This document shows positions 1 through 12,559 of a stretch of DNA of 64,000 nt, piece after piece. A model generated the notes under the pieces. It was not told where the DNA came from, did not search any database, and saw only the letters and a list, made by a program, of their open reading frames with translations. The stretch's first letter is position 1, and each line of letters starts with the position of its first letter. The DNA is from Bigelowiella natans CCMP2755 (taxonomy: Eukaryota; Protista; Cercozoa). The DNA lies in assembly GCA_000320545.1 (NCBI GenBank), contig ADNK01002828.1, forward strand, positions 30,323 through 94,322, read 5' to 3'. Made by a program: the position numbers and the translations under genes.

Positions 1-122
1 ATCGATATGGGAGAGACATAGCACAGTCCCCGGCACCTAGTACCAAAATGCGAAAAATAACAAACTAAGCAGGGAGAACGACATTCTGCTGTCCTATATT
101 CTTGTAAGTGTGTGCGTGTGTG

Positions 123-156
<34 letters not shown>

Positions 157-300
157 GCGTAGAGTTTGAAATATATAACAATAATGCCAAGCTGCTGCAG
201 CGACGTATGGTATTGAGGTCTTCAACGCAACTAGTTTATAGAGTTAGATGATAACGCATATCCAACAATGTATAATAAGTACCAAGATGAGGACAAGTAG
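1..300 (+). CDS. Possible 3' exons of a gene entering the window (unknown product)
   Basis: GTAAGT donor at about 104 followed by a (GT)n intron. The next segment reads FEIYNNNAKLLQR...LDDNAYPTMYNKYQDEDK*. No recognisable domain and the splice phases are ambiguous. Confidence 0.25.
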
Positions 301-950
301 AATGATATTCTTTGGATGCATTGCTCCGGCGACTGCTCTATTGAAAAACGCTTTCTTATTCGACGATCGGGGTCCTGAGTTACCACTCTCGCTACTAGGC
401 TCAGTACTTTGGGGAGGCCGTTCTTTACCTGTGCAACAACATAATCATTCATACATTTATATGCTGCATGACGACTAGAAAGTTGGGAGTAGTAGTGTCA
501 GAACTATGGATCGATAAGAATTAACCTGCTCTCTCTCGCACCCCCAATTCTGTATCGCAGCGCATAGGCGCCTTATTAGGTTCGGAGAGAGCGTGTGTCC
601 TTGGTCCTGGCAGCCATGACCATCATCATCATCATCATCGTTGCGGAATCAACGACGACGAAGTGTCGGGAGGAGGAGATGTGATCTCATGTTATATTTT
701 ATTTATTTATTCATTTATTTGGTCAAATAGAATGGCATTTAATGGTTGCGACAACATATACATTTATTAGATCAAATACAATGGCGTTTTCTGATTGCGA
801 CAACAGTCTGATGGTGAATTAAAAACATTCTCTCACTCGTCATGGAAGCTGCAGCTGCTTACCCCTTCCGAGCACCCCCACCACAAACACTAAACCACCT
901 GCCATTTCTTCGGTAGTAGATGTTTAGAGATTTTTACGAACAGCTCATTA

Positions 951-1369
951 ATGATCATCCCTCTCAGAAGACGGTCCCCTGCTCTAACGTTACCGGCAAT
1001 AGCTGCTGCATCGCTAATCGTATTTATGACGTTCGCCACGGTTCTTGGTATGAAGTTAGTTCTCTGTTGTCAATAAAGATTTTTGGTGACGACTGTCAAT
1101 TCCATTTCATTTAAGATCATGATTTTATCCTTCGAGCTGGCGAATCGCCTGAGAATGATTTCACTCTTAGGAGGAATAAGCAGATGTGTTCCCTCTAAAA
1201 ATATACTTCAAGGTTCTCTTGGTAGAGGTATGTGTCTACCAAAATTTTATAAATACGGAAGTTACATGAAAATATACTAGTAACTAGCTTGCTGCTACTA
1301 CTACTTCTACTACTACTACTACCACTCCCACCAATAATACCACAACTCCTCCTACTACTTACTACTACT

Positions 1370-1404
<35 letters not shown>

Positions 1405-2138
1405 CACAACGCTAGGTGTTAGTGCTGGGCCCAGCAGAAGCAGAAACAGCCCCGCCTCTACCACAATCACCACTACCACCAGATTTTGTTCTGGAAATTT
1501 TGGTTGGTCCTCTTTCCTACCCGTGGTTCCAAAACATGATAATGATGATGTTCCAAGACATAGAAGAAATGTTAAAGGTAGTGCAAACCATCTTCATGAT
1601 GATGATGGTGATGATGATGATGATGGTAATGGTGAAATAGTAAGCACAAAAAACACACATAAACATACGTGTTGCTTGTAATGACCTAGGATTCGGAAGG
1701 CGCAAGATGTCTAAAATGCTTGACGAAATGAACTCTTTGAAGCGAGGTGAAGTGTGTTTCACCGCCACTTGGATATAATATGATGATGATGATGATGATG
1801 ATGATGAGATGATGATGAGGGGGGAGATTGATCATTGACCCAGGAACGAACGAATCAACGAATGGCGACAACTAACACAAATTATTGCACGTACGCAATA
1901 GCCATCACCCATCGTTCTGCCATGTTATTAATTTGGCACAATTATTACAAAACTACTCTGAATATGTATTTGCTACATTTACAGAAAAAGTGCGATCGAT
2001 GGGTACTGGTCCTTCTTCCACAACAGCCTCAATACAGTGGAAAGGGTAATATCAATGCGTAAGTATGAAGCTGTTATCTATTAGTCACGATGTTTCACAA
2101 GATTGTACTAATCGAAGAAGAAGATGCAAAAGAATGTG

Positions 2139-2179
<41 letters not shown>

Positions 2180-2335
2180 ATCATCTATGTGACTGCGTGC
2201 ATGTGGTGTGTGATGTTGAAGGCCGTTAAACGTGATCAAGTACCCTGACCCTCGTCTAAGAACAGAAAATGAGAAGATCACAGAGTTTGGCAAACCTCTG
2301 CAAGAACTTGCAGATGAGATGTTTGATGTATGATC

Positions 2336-2369
<34 letters not shown>

Positions 2370-3992
2370 AATGCTATAGTCGATATTAAACTGCAATGCA
2401 TGAAGGAAGACGTTTTCTCAGCAGCTTCATCAGTGTAAATGTCAATGTTGAAAGTTGTGTAGGATAGTTGTGTGGTAGTAGCAGCTCTTGCTGATGAAGG
2501 CTATCAATTGTATTAATAAATAAAATAAATGATGTTCAACAAAGGTAATGTACGATGACGATGGATGTGGATTAGCAGCCCCACAGGTAGGGTGTGTGTG
2601 TGTGTGTGCGCGCTTATGCGTTTATTTGAATAATTAGTTAATATCGTGCTACTATGATTATTGACAATATTGCAGGTTGGCATCAACTATAGACTGATGG
2701 TCTTCAATCCCCAGGTGGAGAATAGAATACAATCAGAATAATATAGAATATGCGTGATAGTAGTAGTAGTAGTAGTAGTAGTAGTAGAGTGATGATCTTG
2801 TGATGATGATGATCATCATCATCATGATCATGTTCTTATGCTTTTAGGGAGATAGGCGAAAAAAGGACACAGAAATGGTTCTTGCCAACCCGGAAATAAT
2901 ATCATCTGGTGGTAGTAGTAGTAGTAGTAATTGTCTAGCTGCTTTAACAAATAAACTATGATGGGGCTATATATCACGACGACGACGACGATAGCATGAT
3001 GATGATGATGATGATGACACTTATTCGAAAGTAGTAGGATATAGTAATCTTGATTATGAAACTCGTCATCACCGTTATTGTCATTTTTTACCATCGTATC
3101 ATCAACTACCACATGCTGCTAATTGTATTCTCAATTGACCTGTCTTCTGATCTAAAGGGGAGGAAAAAGATTGGTTCAGAGAAGGCTGTCTCAGCTTTCC
3201 TGGCATTAGAGGACAAGTGGAAAGGCCTACGAAAGTACGTATATTAGTACTATCAACATCATAGTCAGTGAGTGAGTGAGTGAGTTGTTTTTTGTCCTCC
3301 TCCTCCTCCTTTGTATTGTAACATCTGTGACTAGTATGTACCAATCACTCTTGCTGCTGCTGCTGGTTCTTTTTGCTGCTGGTGGTTACTACAAATGACG
3401 TAGGTATTAATCCGAGCACAAGATGTCAAAGGAGAAGATATAGAATTTGAGGTGCTGCTACTAGTAGTTGTAGTAGTAGTAGTAGTCGTAGTAGTAGTAG
3501 GTGCTCGACTTTTATAGATCGCATTCATATCTAAATTTATTAAAAAACATAGTGCAACCATCATTAACGGTGCTGCTCTGGTTCTTTTGCTGAATCGGTA
3601 ACTAGTTGGAAGGCTTCACAGCTCGCGTATTTCAGCATGAATACGATCACTTATCCGGGACTTTGTTTCATGATAGGATGCCTGATAAGGTAGTAGTAGT
3701 AGTAGTACAAGTAGGATGATAATTCCAATATTTCAATGCATGGAATGTGTACACAAATCTGATGCATGTTTTTTGCAATGAAACCATTATAGTGTTAGAC
3801 AACTGTACCCAAACTTTGAATGTAATCACCGGCGTTAATATTTGCGTATTTTGCTCTTAGGAAGTTGCTGAGATTCATGCCAAATTAGTGACTCTCGAGG
3901 ACAACTTTGTGGAAGCGAATCCAATACTCGCTGACGATATCAAACGTGTCGGGCCAAAACCTGAAACTAAGAAGGTTTTTGGTATATTCTAG
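951..3992 (+). CDS. def: Peptide deformylase, plastid type (PDF1B-like), multi-exon, with probable signal + transit peptide
   Basis: GT-AG exons splice to IQWKGPLNVIKYPDPRLRTENEKITEFGKPLQELADEMFDVMYDDDGCGLAAPQVGINYRLMVFNPQGDRRKKDTEMVLANPEIISSGEEKDWFREGCLSFPGIRGQVERPTKVLIRAQDVKGEDIEFELEGFTARVFQHEYDHLSGTLFHDRMPDKEVAEIHAKLV...KKVFGIF*. All three PDF motifs are present: GxGLAAPQ (about 2565-2589), EGCLS (3181-3195) and HEYDH (3636-3650). The 5' exons and the start at 951 are less certain. Confidence 0.95.
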
Positions 3993-4944
3993 AAATGTTA
4001 TATCTAGACGACGGCATGCGTGCGTTGTCATATTAAATCAATATACGGAGCTATACTATCGAAAAATGTGTGTTGCTGCCGTGTGAAAACCACCAACCGA
4101 CAATTTACTAGATTAAGGTAGCATACAGCAGAGAATGTGAAGTCGTCCTACCTTCATCATTGCGTTGTTATATATGATAGTGATTGCTGCAATATCGTTG
4201 GCCAACCTCGCAACAGCAACGTTTGTACAATAGTACAGCATGCATTGCATGTCGTATGCTACGTACACATTGGAACCGTACGTTCGCATATGCTGCTGGT
4301 GCTAGCATATAAACGCGCCGCAGCTAATAGCTAGGGCGGGCGCTCACGAGCTTAGCCATTCGCGCGGTAGGTGGCATGCATAGTGCGGCTTTGTCAATTA
4401 TTATAGGCGGTAGCGTAGTATAAATTAGTGTTGATAGCGTACGTAGGCAGCTACCCAACAAAGGCTGCATCAGCACCACATGTAACAACTCCATCTTTGC
4501 ATATGCTGCCGGCTTGTGTTTCTGACATATTGTATCACAGCGCAGTGTCGATCTAGCGATGGTAATTTGCTCCACATTATTGTGAAGACTACTGCGGTTC
4601 AAGCACACCTTCATGACACTGCCATGTTGCATGCATGGTCTACACGATAATGCGTTACAATGTACTACACATGATGGAAAACCATTAATTGTGGTTCTTA
4701 TTTACAATGACGATGTTCCCAAAAAAGAACTCTTTAAACCACCGCCCCATTGGCTGCTCTATCAATCAACTCTTATCACATTGAATACTGCATTTAACGA
4801 CAGAGATTCGACAACAAAAATTGGAAGCCGCGACGAAATGAAAGAGGTATTACTTAATTACTAGGTCTGATCCACATGTGTCGTTCGCTGTTCCTAGATC
4901 ATAATCACAATTTCACACTACTACTACTACTACCACTACTACTA

Positions 4945-5351
4945 CTATGCTGGCTGGTGCTGTAGCTTTGTTCTACTATTACGTTGCAAGCCAGCTTTTA
5001 ATCTTTGTGCCCACAAAGGATGTGGTACATGTGCTGGATAAGATTCTTGAGAATAAGTATCATTATTCTCATGATCATCAGTAGTAGTAGTAGTAGTAGT
5101 AGTAGTATTGTAATGTATTCTTCCTGCAGAAGGCTTGTAGTGGCATGCTTTTCCGATGACGAGGTTTCTCAGAGAAGAAGCAGAAGAAGAAGAACGACCT
5201 CCGTATGCTTCTTCTGTGTGTTAATTATTGTGATGGCCAGTACAACGATTTAATGCGTCATCATTAAACATTAATATAATATGTATAAATAAATATATAT
5301 ATATATATATATATATATTTAATCAACCGGTCGCGCCGAGGTTTACTTAAA

Positions 5352-5387
<36 letters not shown>

Positions 5388-5418
5388 TAGAATGAATTTT
5401 GGCACCTGAAGACGCACG

Positions 5419-5491
<73 letters not shown>

Positions 5492-5814
5492 GGACAGATG
5501 CATGCATATATGCATTGAAAAATGATAACTAATATATTTGTGTTTCAGGGCGTTGTCTTTTCCTTCTTCGTCATCAAAAATACTGAACAATTACTACTAC
5601 TATTGCTGCTGTCGCCTACCCGCAGGTTGAGGAATTTGATTCATAATTGATTTCAGGCGTTGGAGTTCTTCGTTGGATTTTCGAGCTTTCAGTCCCGAGA
5701 GTAGTGCTGAAAGAAACAGTCAGCATCACACCATCACCATCATCATCATCATCATCATCATCACTACTACCCTTTAGTTGTGCGGTGCCGTTGCCCTGCA
5801 TTAAGACGGTCTGA

Positions 5815-5859
<45 letters not shown>

Positions 5860-6436
5860 AAATATTTATATACATTGTATCTGTGTTATCAAACCAGCAT
5901 GATGACATTTCTGGTTATATTATTATGATGGATGCTGGTGACGAAGAGGCCTCATAATGGCGTTTTTCAGCACCAACAACTAAATGGTTGACTAATTGGC
6001 TAAATACAAGTAGTAGCCTAACTACTACTACAACAACATCTACTACTGATTAATACAAACACTATTAGTATTACCTGCAAGTCTTTCCTCATTTGCTTGT
6101 TCTCCTTCCTTATCAGTAACATTTCTCTCTCAAATTCACCTATCTATAGTCAGGAAAAACACTGAGCAGTAGTATGTGCATCCTCCACCTCCTCCTCCTC
6201 GTAGTCATCATCATCATCATAATCAGCAGCAGCAGCATCGCAGGTAAGGTAAGGTAAGGTAAGGCAATCACTTAGGAGGAAAAAAACATCTCATTAGAAG
6301 AAGTACGTAGTAGCGCTTCATACTACGACAAACAAAATAAATACTAGTAGTGTAGAGTAGTAGTAGAGCAGTCATTTGTTGTCAGAAGTGGAAAGATGAT
6401 GATGATGATGAAGATGATGATGATGACAACATTTCT

Positions 6437-6469
<33 letters not shown>

Positions 6470-6586
6470 GAGCAACATGATGATTAATATAATTATTCCC
6501 AACCCACGGTCCTTTGACAACAGACAACACTTCCTCCTCCCCCTCCCTCTCCTCATAAGTATGAAATACTATCTTACACACATAAG

Positions 6587-6617
<31 letters not shown>

Positions 6618-6948
6618 CTGTGATTTGAGCGTTCTACATGCGTTCTTGGCGTCTTTTAATTGTTCTTCCTTCCCTTGAATTGTGCTAATAAGATAATTCT
6701 GTGGTTGGCCAACCTGTGAAAATTATAGAAATGGTGATGATGGTGATGATGATGCAAAGTTTCGGATCCAAAGCGCATCGTATTAACCCACCACTCACTC
6801 ACTCACTCACTCACTCACTCACTCACCAGATGGAGTTCCTTGCGCATATTTTGATTCTCCTCCTTTAACAACCACGTAACACCATTGTCATCATCATCAT
6901 CATCATCATCATCATTATCGATAACACACACACACACACAAGCGCGCG

Positions 6949-7031
<83 letters not shown>

Positions 7032-8902
7032 ATCTCCTGATTGATTATGCATCGATTGATGAAAGGAGTGAAGGTAATTTTTATGGGGTACGTACGTGCG
7101 AAAGAAACTTTCGAAACCATGATGCATAAAGGCAGCAATAGTTTCCATTACGATGTTGTTGTTGTTGGATGATGGTGATGGTGATTGTGATTATGATGCA
7201 TACGATGTGTATTCGGGTAGTGATGTTGAAAGCTACAAGAGCAACTAGTATACAGATATGATTCTTATTATTAAACACACTCATTCATATACTACTTTAT
7301 GCAACAAGAAAGACAAAGACAACGGAGGTTGGCATAATGGTGGCGGTGGTGATGATGATGATGATGATAATGATAACCTCCTTTTCCCTTATTCTTATAT
7401 TCAAATTCTTGCATTCTTCTTTGAGCACATGCACCTGCATACACGTTGTGGTGGCGGTGGTGGTGAGAAGTAAGAGGAGAAGTTCTGTGACAAATCAAAT
7501 AATATGTAGAGCAGCACATGCAGCAATTTCTACACATAGCCAGTACATGAGATAACAATACATAATAGTAGATAATATTGGATAATAAATTATACATGAT
7601 CACTTGACATCATAATGAGTTGACCTCCTTTTGCTTCTCCAATAGCTTCTGAGCTAGCTTTAGTGCCTAATTTGTTGTTCGTTATAATATAAGCTGATTG
7701 ATCAGTAATGATCGTGATGATGATGCTCACAATTCCCAACGACGAATATATCACTTATAGCAGCAGCAGTGAGTAGGAGGCAAATGTGGAAGAGTAGAAA
7801 GTTTTTTGGTACTGTGTCAGCCGTAGTCATCATACTATCAGTAAATGATAATGATAATGGCATTAATAATAGTAATAAATGGAGAAAAAGAAGACAGATG
7901 TTGGTATGAAATAGGTAGCCGGATAGTATCGGTACTACTACTACTACTACTACTACTACTACCACTACTTCTATTCCTCTCTTTCTCCTAGTTGTTTGTA
8001 CGTAGGTAGGTAGGTAGGTAGATAGGTCGGGATATAAAAATGGTTTGGTTGGTCTTCTATATTCACTCCTTCAAAGTAGTATGTATGCATGCATATCTGT
8101 GCGTATTTATTTGTTTGTTTGTGTGTAAGTATGTGTGTGTGTGTGTGTGTGTGTGTTACCTGCTTCATTCTTCTTTGCGCAGTAGTAGGAATAGCCCCCA
8201 ACGATTGAATCACCTGTTCTTCTGTTCCCGCTGTTTTTCTCTCCTCCTTCTCCTCAACTCCAGCATACATTTCTTTGTCTCTTTTTGTTTTGCTATGATA
8301 GTTCAGGCTTCTAAGTGCCGTTGCTTCTTCTCCTGCTGTCAAGATTGCAATGTCTATTTCACTCTCTAATTGTTCATATCCCTTGATTTTATTGCCAAGC
8401 TTATCGTTCTCGGCATTCAGCATTGCCTCTCTTTTTGCAGATTCAGCTTTGAGAGTGTAGAACTCCGTCTTGAGCAAGTCGTTCTTGTTACTTTGCATTT
8501 CGCATTGCATGGATAGTTTCCGCATAGAGGCCACAGTCTCCTCGTGACTAGGTATAATACAACATCATCAACAACAAGAAAATGACATCAAGTCAAACAA
8601 TGCTGTTGCAGTAAATGTTGTTGTATCATTTTTGTTGGACATCCATCGTGAGCTTTTAAGGTAGTCTCTTAGTCTCTTGATAATCACAGCAGCATGAGTA
8701 AGTATTGCTAGTAGTAATAGTAGTAGTAGTAGTGGTATTATTGCCTAATCCCGAGTCTTTCCAGCTCGAATTGTTTTAACTTAAGCTAGATAGTGGCAGT
8801 AGTTAGAGGTGGTGGAAGTAGCAGCGGTGGGAGTAGCAGTAGTGGTAGCAGGAGGAGGAGGAAGTGTGAGAGATCTCAGTTAGTAGTGATGATGACGACG
8901 AC

Positions 8903-8938
<36 letters not shown>

Positions 8939-9133
8939 AAGTAATTAGAAGAAAGGTAAAACTTCCAGCGTTAATAATAATTTAAAATATTAGCCTTAAT
9001 CATCATCACCATTATCACTATCATCTATAGTTTAAAAAAAAAATGTTGGCATCCAAAAAGGGGAAAAGTTATATGTTTACGTCAATACTTTCGAAAATGA
9101 CTCAAAACTGTGAATGATGACTCATGATCGAGT

Positions 9134-9173
<40 letters not shown>

Positions 9174-9570
9174 ATCATGTGCACACCCTGCACTGATAAT
9201 TAATCTTCAATTAACAAATCTTACTCAAACTACTTCTAATAATAACATAGTACCGCAGCTCTAAGTTCTTGCTCTCTCTGCGCATTTTCCACAGTGAGCT
9301 TGGCATGTGTATCCCTCACTGATTGCAAGTCTTTCGACGTTGTTTCAAGTCGTGTGCGTACACGATCTAGCTCCACGGTTTGGTGGTCTCTACGAATCAA
9401 GGAAGGGAAACAAGAAAGTACCAAACAACATCATATTCGTCATTATGAGAGGAGGTAGATTCTAAGTCCATTTTAACAAGTTTGACCTTGAATCATACAT
9501 GGCGGCACATATCATAGTATTTAGTTGCTGCTATCGATTTACGACGATTGCTGCTTATAGTAATGATGAC

Positions 9571-9604
<34 letters not shown>

Positions 9605-11904
9605 ATAATCAGTATCATTACTTCGAAATCATAACGGTAGTATCATTAAGTATTGAAGCCATTACTTACTATCACACCTTCTCGTTACCCCCCCTATTAA
9701 CACTACTATACAGCCTAACTCATCTTTACCATCTGCCATAAATATAGAATTATTACCTTTCCTCCCTCAAATTTTTTATTTCTCTTTCAAAAAGTTCTTT
9801 ATGGCTTGTGCGCAGTTGGTGCATCTCAGCTTCTGCTTTCTCCTCTATTCGCTTCAGTTCCGTGGCCAATTTTACCTATTATTAAACTGTTATTATACGT
9901 ATGATGATATAATGATCGTCGCACTTTGGTAGCAACAATGGCAGAACTTGTATGTAGTCATGCAATTAATCTACAGTAAAGTGCAACTATGTTATTGATG
10001 AGAATCATGTCGATGAAATGGTTAATTGACCATCGCTGCGGCGATATGGTCATGATCATCATCACGATCAGCACCATCACCATCACCATCATCATCATAT
10101 GCTATCAAATTAAGGCACTGTAGAAAATATTTAAGGAATTAATGAAACGCACAATCTTTATCACTATCAGATATTCATCAGTGCCAGCAGCAAGCCACAA
10201 CAGCAATAAGTAGCTGTCTTACTGTCAAATATAGCGCTACTATTTACTCCATCCATCCACATAATTATCATTACATACCATCTGTACATGGATTGGTGGG
10301 CAACATCGCTACTAAGGTCACTAATTACCCCATTTCATATTTATAATATGCATTCATGCTTCGCTAATAATTATTATAAATAACAATAATAATTTGGCCG
10401 CTACTGTACCTCAAATGAAGTCTTATGATCATCTCGCACTTGCGCTAGCTTTTCCATCATCTCCTCCCTCTGCTTCATAACATCTGACACCTAGGAGAGG
10501 AAGGGAGATAGGAACGAATGAGGCAATCCAACATAATTCAACATGGTGTTAATTAGCAGCTCCACCCACTCTATCCACCCATCAATATATTTTTTTGTTG
10601 GGCACCACCTTTTCTCGTAATCTATTTCGTTCAGAACGGAGATCTTGGATGTTGCCTCTGATGACATCGAGCTCTTTGGCTAGGTACATTTTGTCTTGTC
10701 GCAAAAGTTCAACCTGCTGCTCTAGCTCATTGGATCTATGCTTGCTCTCTGTTGCCTCCTCCTTAGATGACTTTTCGCTGACGCCAAGTATCAGATTCTC
10801 TTCCTCTAACTTCTTGCGTTTTGCCTCGAGATCATCTGCTTTCTCCCGAATCTTGTCGAAAATAGCCAACTTCCCCTTGGAGTCCGTGACAAATGCATGC
10901 ATAGTTTCAAGTCGAGATTCGAGCTCCGAAATCGTCTATTGTTATTGTTGAAGTGAAAACGAGGATGATGAGGAAAAGGTACAAAACATAAGCAACTAAG
11001 ATTCGGCAAGAATAATGAACATCTCGCTACCTAGAACTATGGTAGTCATCAAAAAGCAGTCACCGTTAACATGTTGAAAAACAACAGCGAAAAAACCTGT
11101 TCTGCTTGACGGCTTGCTGTTTTGGAATCCCGCTGTATTTCTGCCCTTGCACGTTGAAGAGTGTCGCACTCTCGGGCAAAGCTGTCTCTTTCAGCCTCCA
11201 CTTTTGTAAGCCTCTCTCTCAAGGAGTCTGCTTCTGCCGTCAGTGTCTCGTTTGTAGAATTTAGTTTCTGTACAAGCTCGTAGACCTTACGGTAGTAGTA
11301 GTTAAGCAGCAAGTAGCAGAACAAACTTCAGATCTAGTGAGTGATGTCGAATATACAAAGGCAACACGCATGTTGTTAATCTTCGTCACTGGCTATCAAT
11401 TCTGAAAATAATTCAACCTTTACTGAGACATGCTCCCTGACAGATCTCCTCTCTTTATCGATGCCTTTAAACTTAATGTAAAGCGACTCACTCACCAATA
11501 TATTATTTAGAGATTTCTTTATATGAGTTGTCGTGAGAGGATCCTTGCTTTCCATTAGCGCTTTTACTCGTACTTTGTTGACCTGAGCCTGCAATACTTC
11601 CAGCTCTTCCCTGTGAACTTTTTCCTTTTTTTCCAAACGCAAGTGCATCTCCCTTTCAAGTCTTGCTGCCGTCTCGGAGGCGATTTTGCTTAATTGAAGC
11701 TGATGTTGGGCTTTTAGTTCGGTAATTTGGCGTTGATATGCAAGGTGCGGAATTTTCTGCTCACTGCTTTGATGTGAATCGATAGCTTGTGGAGAAAGCG
11801 ATCGTAGATGAGCAACTCTTCTGCAGAATTTTTTAGAATTACTGAACACTTCTGTCGATTTCTAAACATATCTCTGTCCTCTATTTCTTTAGTCATTACC
11901 ATCT

Positions 11905-11942
<38 letters not shown>

Positions 11943-12444
11943 TTCACAGTCGTTTACATATGCTGCCTTGATTAATGGCGTATCGTCTATGAAAATATAA
12001 TCACAAAATTCCAAGCGATCGTCACCTTGCCCCTGCTGTTTGCTTCGAACTAGCAGCAAGTTTGCTGTCAATTTTTGACTCCCCTGACCGATCAGTAACT
12101 TTCAGAGCCAGATCTGTTTTCAATTTTCCATTGTGTCCGTCAATTAGAACTTCGGTCAGTCTCTCTGCGATGTCCTCTGCGTCCCCGCTGGTGTCGGAGA
12201 GAGTGACAGCAAGGGCTTCTTCAAGACCAATGGAGGTGGAGTTTCCGTCAGAAGCTGAGTCCAGATCCAGTCCTTCATCCGTACTTTTACTTGAGTCAAG
12301 CAAGTCAGCTTCGGAGGTGATGGAAGAGAGATTGAGTCGATCAGCAAGGTCAATCAGATAGCGGCTATCTGTCGACATATTTGCAGGGGGGAGGGCGGGA
12401 GGTGGTTTGCTTTTTAAAGTGCAACGGTCAGTTTTAAATGGCAT
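4945..12444 (-). CDS. PIBF1: PIBF1/CEP90-like centriolar coiled-coil protein, multi-exon
   Basis: Long coiled-coil exons at 11376-11849, 11049-11324, 10582-10902, 9236-9424 and 8160-8534. The motif ...IKGYEQLESEIDIAILTAG...SLGAIPTTAQRRMKQ|ALKLAQKLLEK matches the PIBF1 signature as I recall it (YEKLEKELD...[20 protein letters not shown]). VELLRQDKMYL resembles LLQKDKEYL. The terminal exons are approximate. Confidence 0.8.
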
Positions 12445-12559
12445 CCATTTCTATTCTGCGACATGAACTGTCGTAAAAATTAAGCCAAAAAAGATGAGTA
12501 CGAACCTCCCTCACCAAATCCTGACGATGTCGCTGTCAAAATCAGAGTGTCACTGGGTG

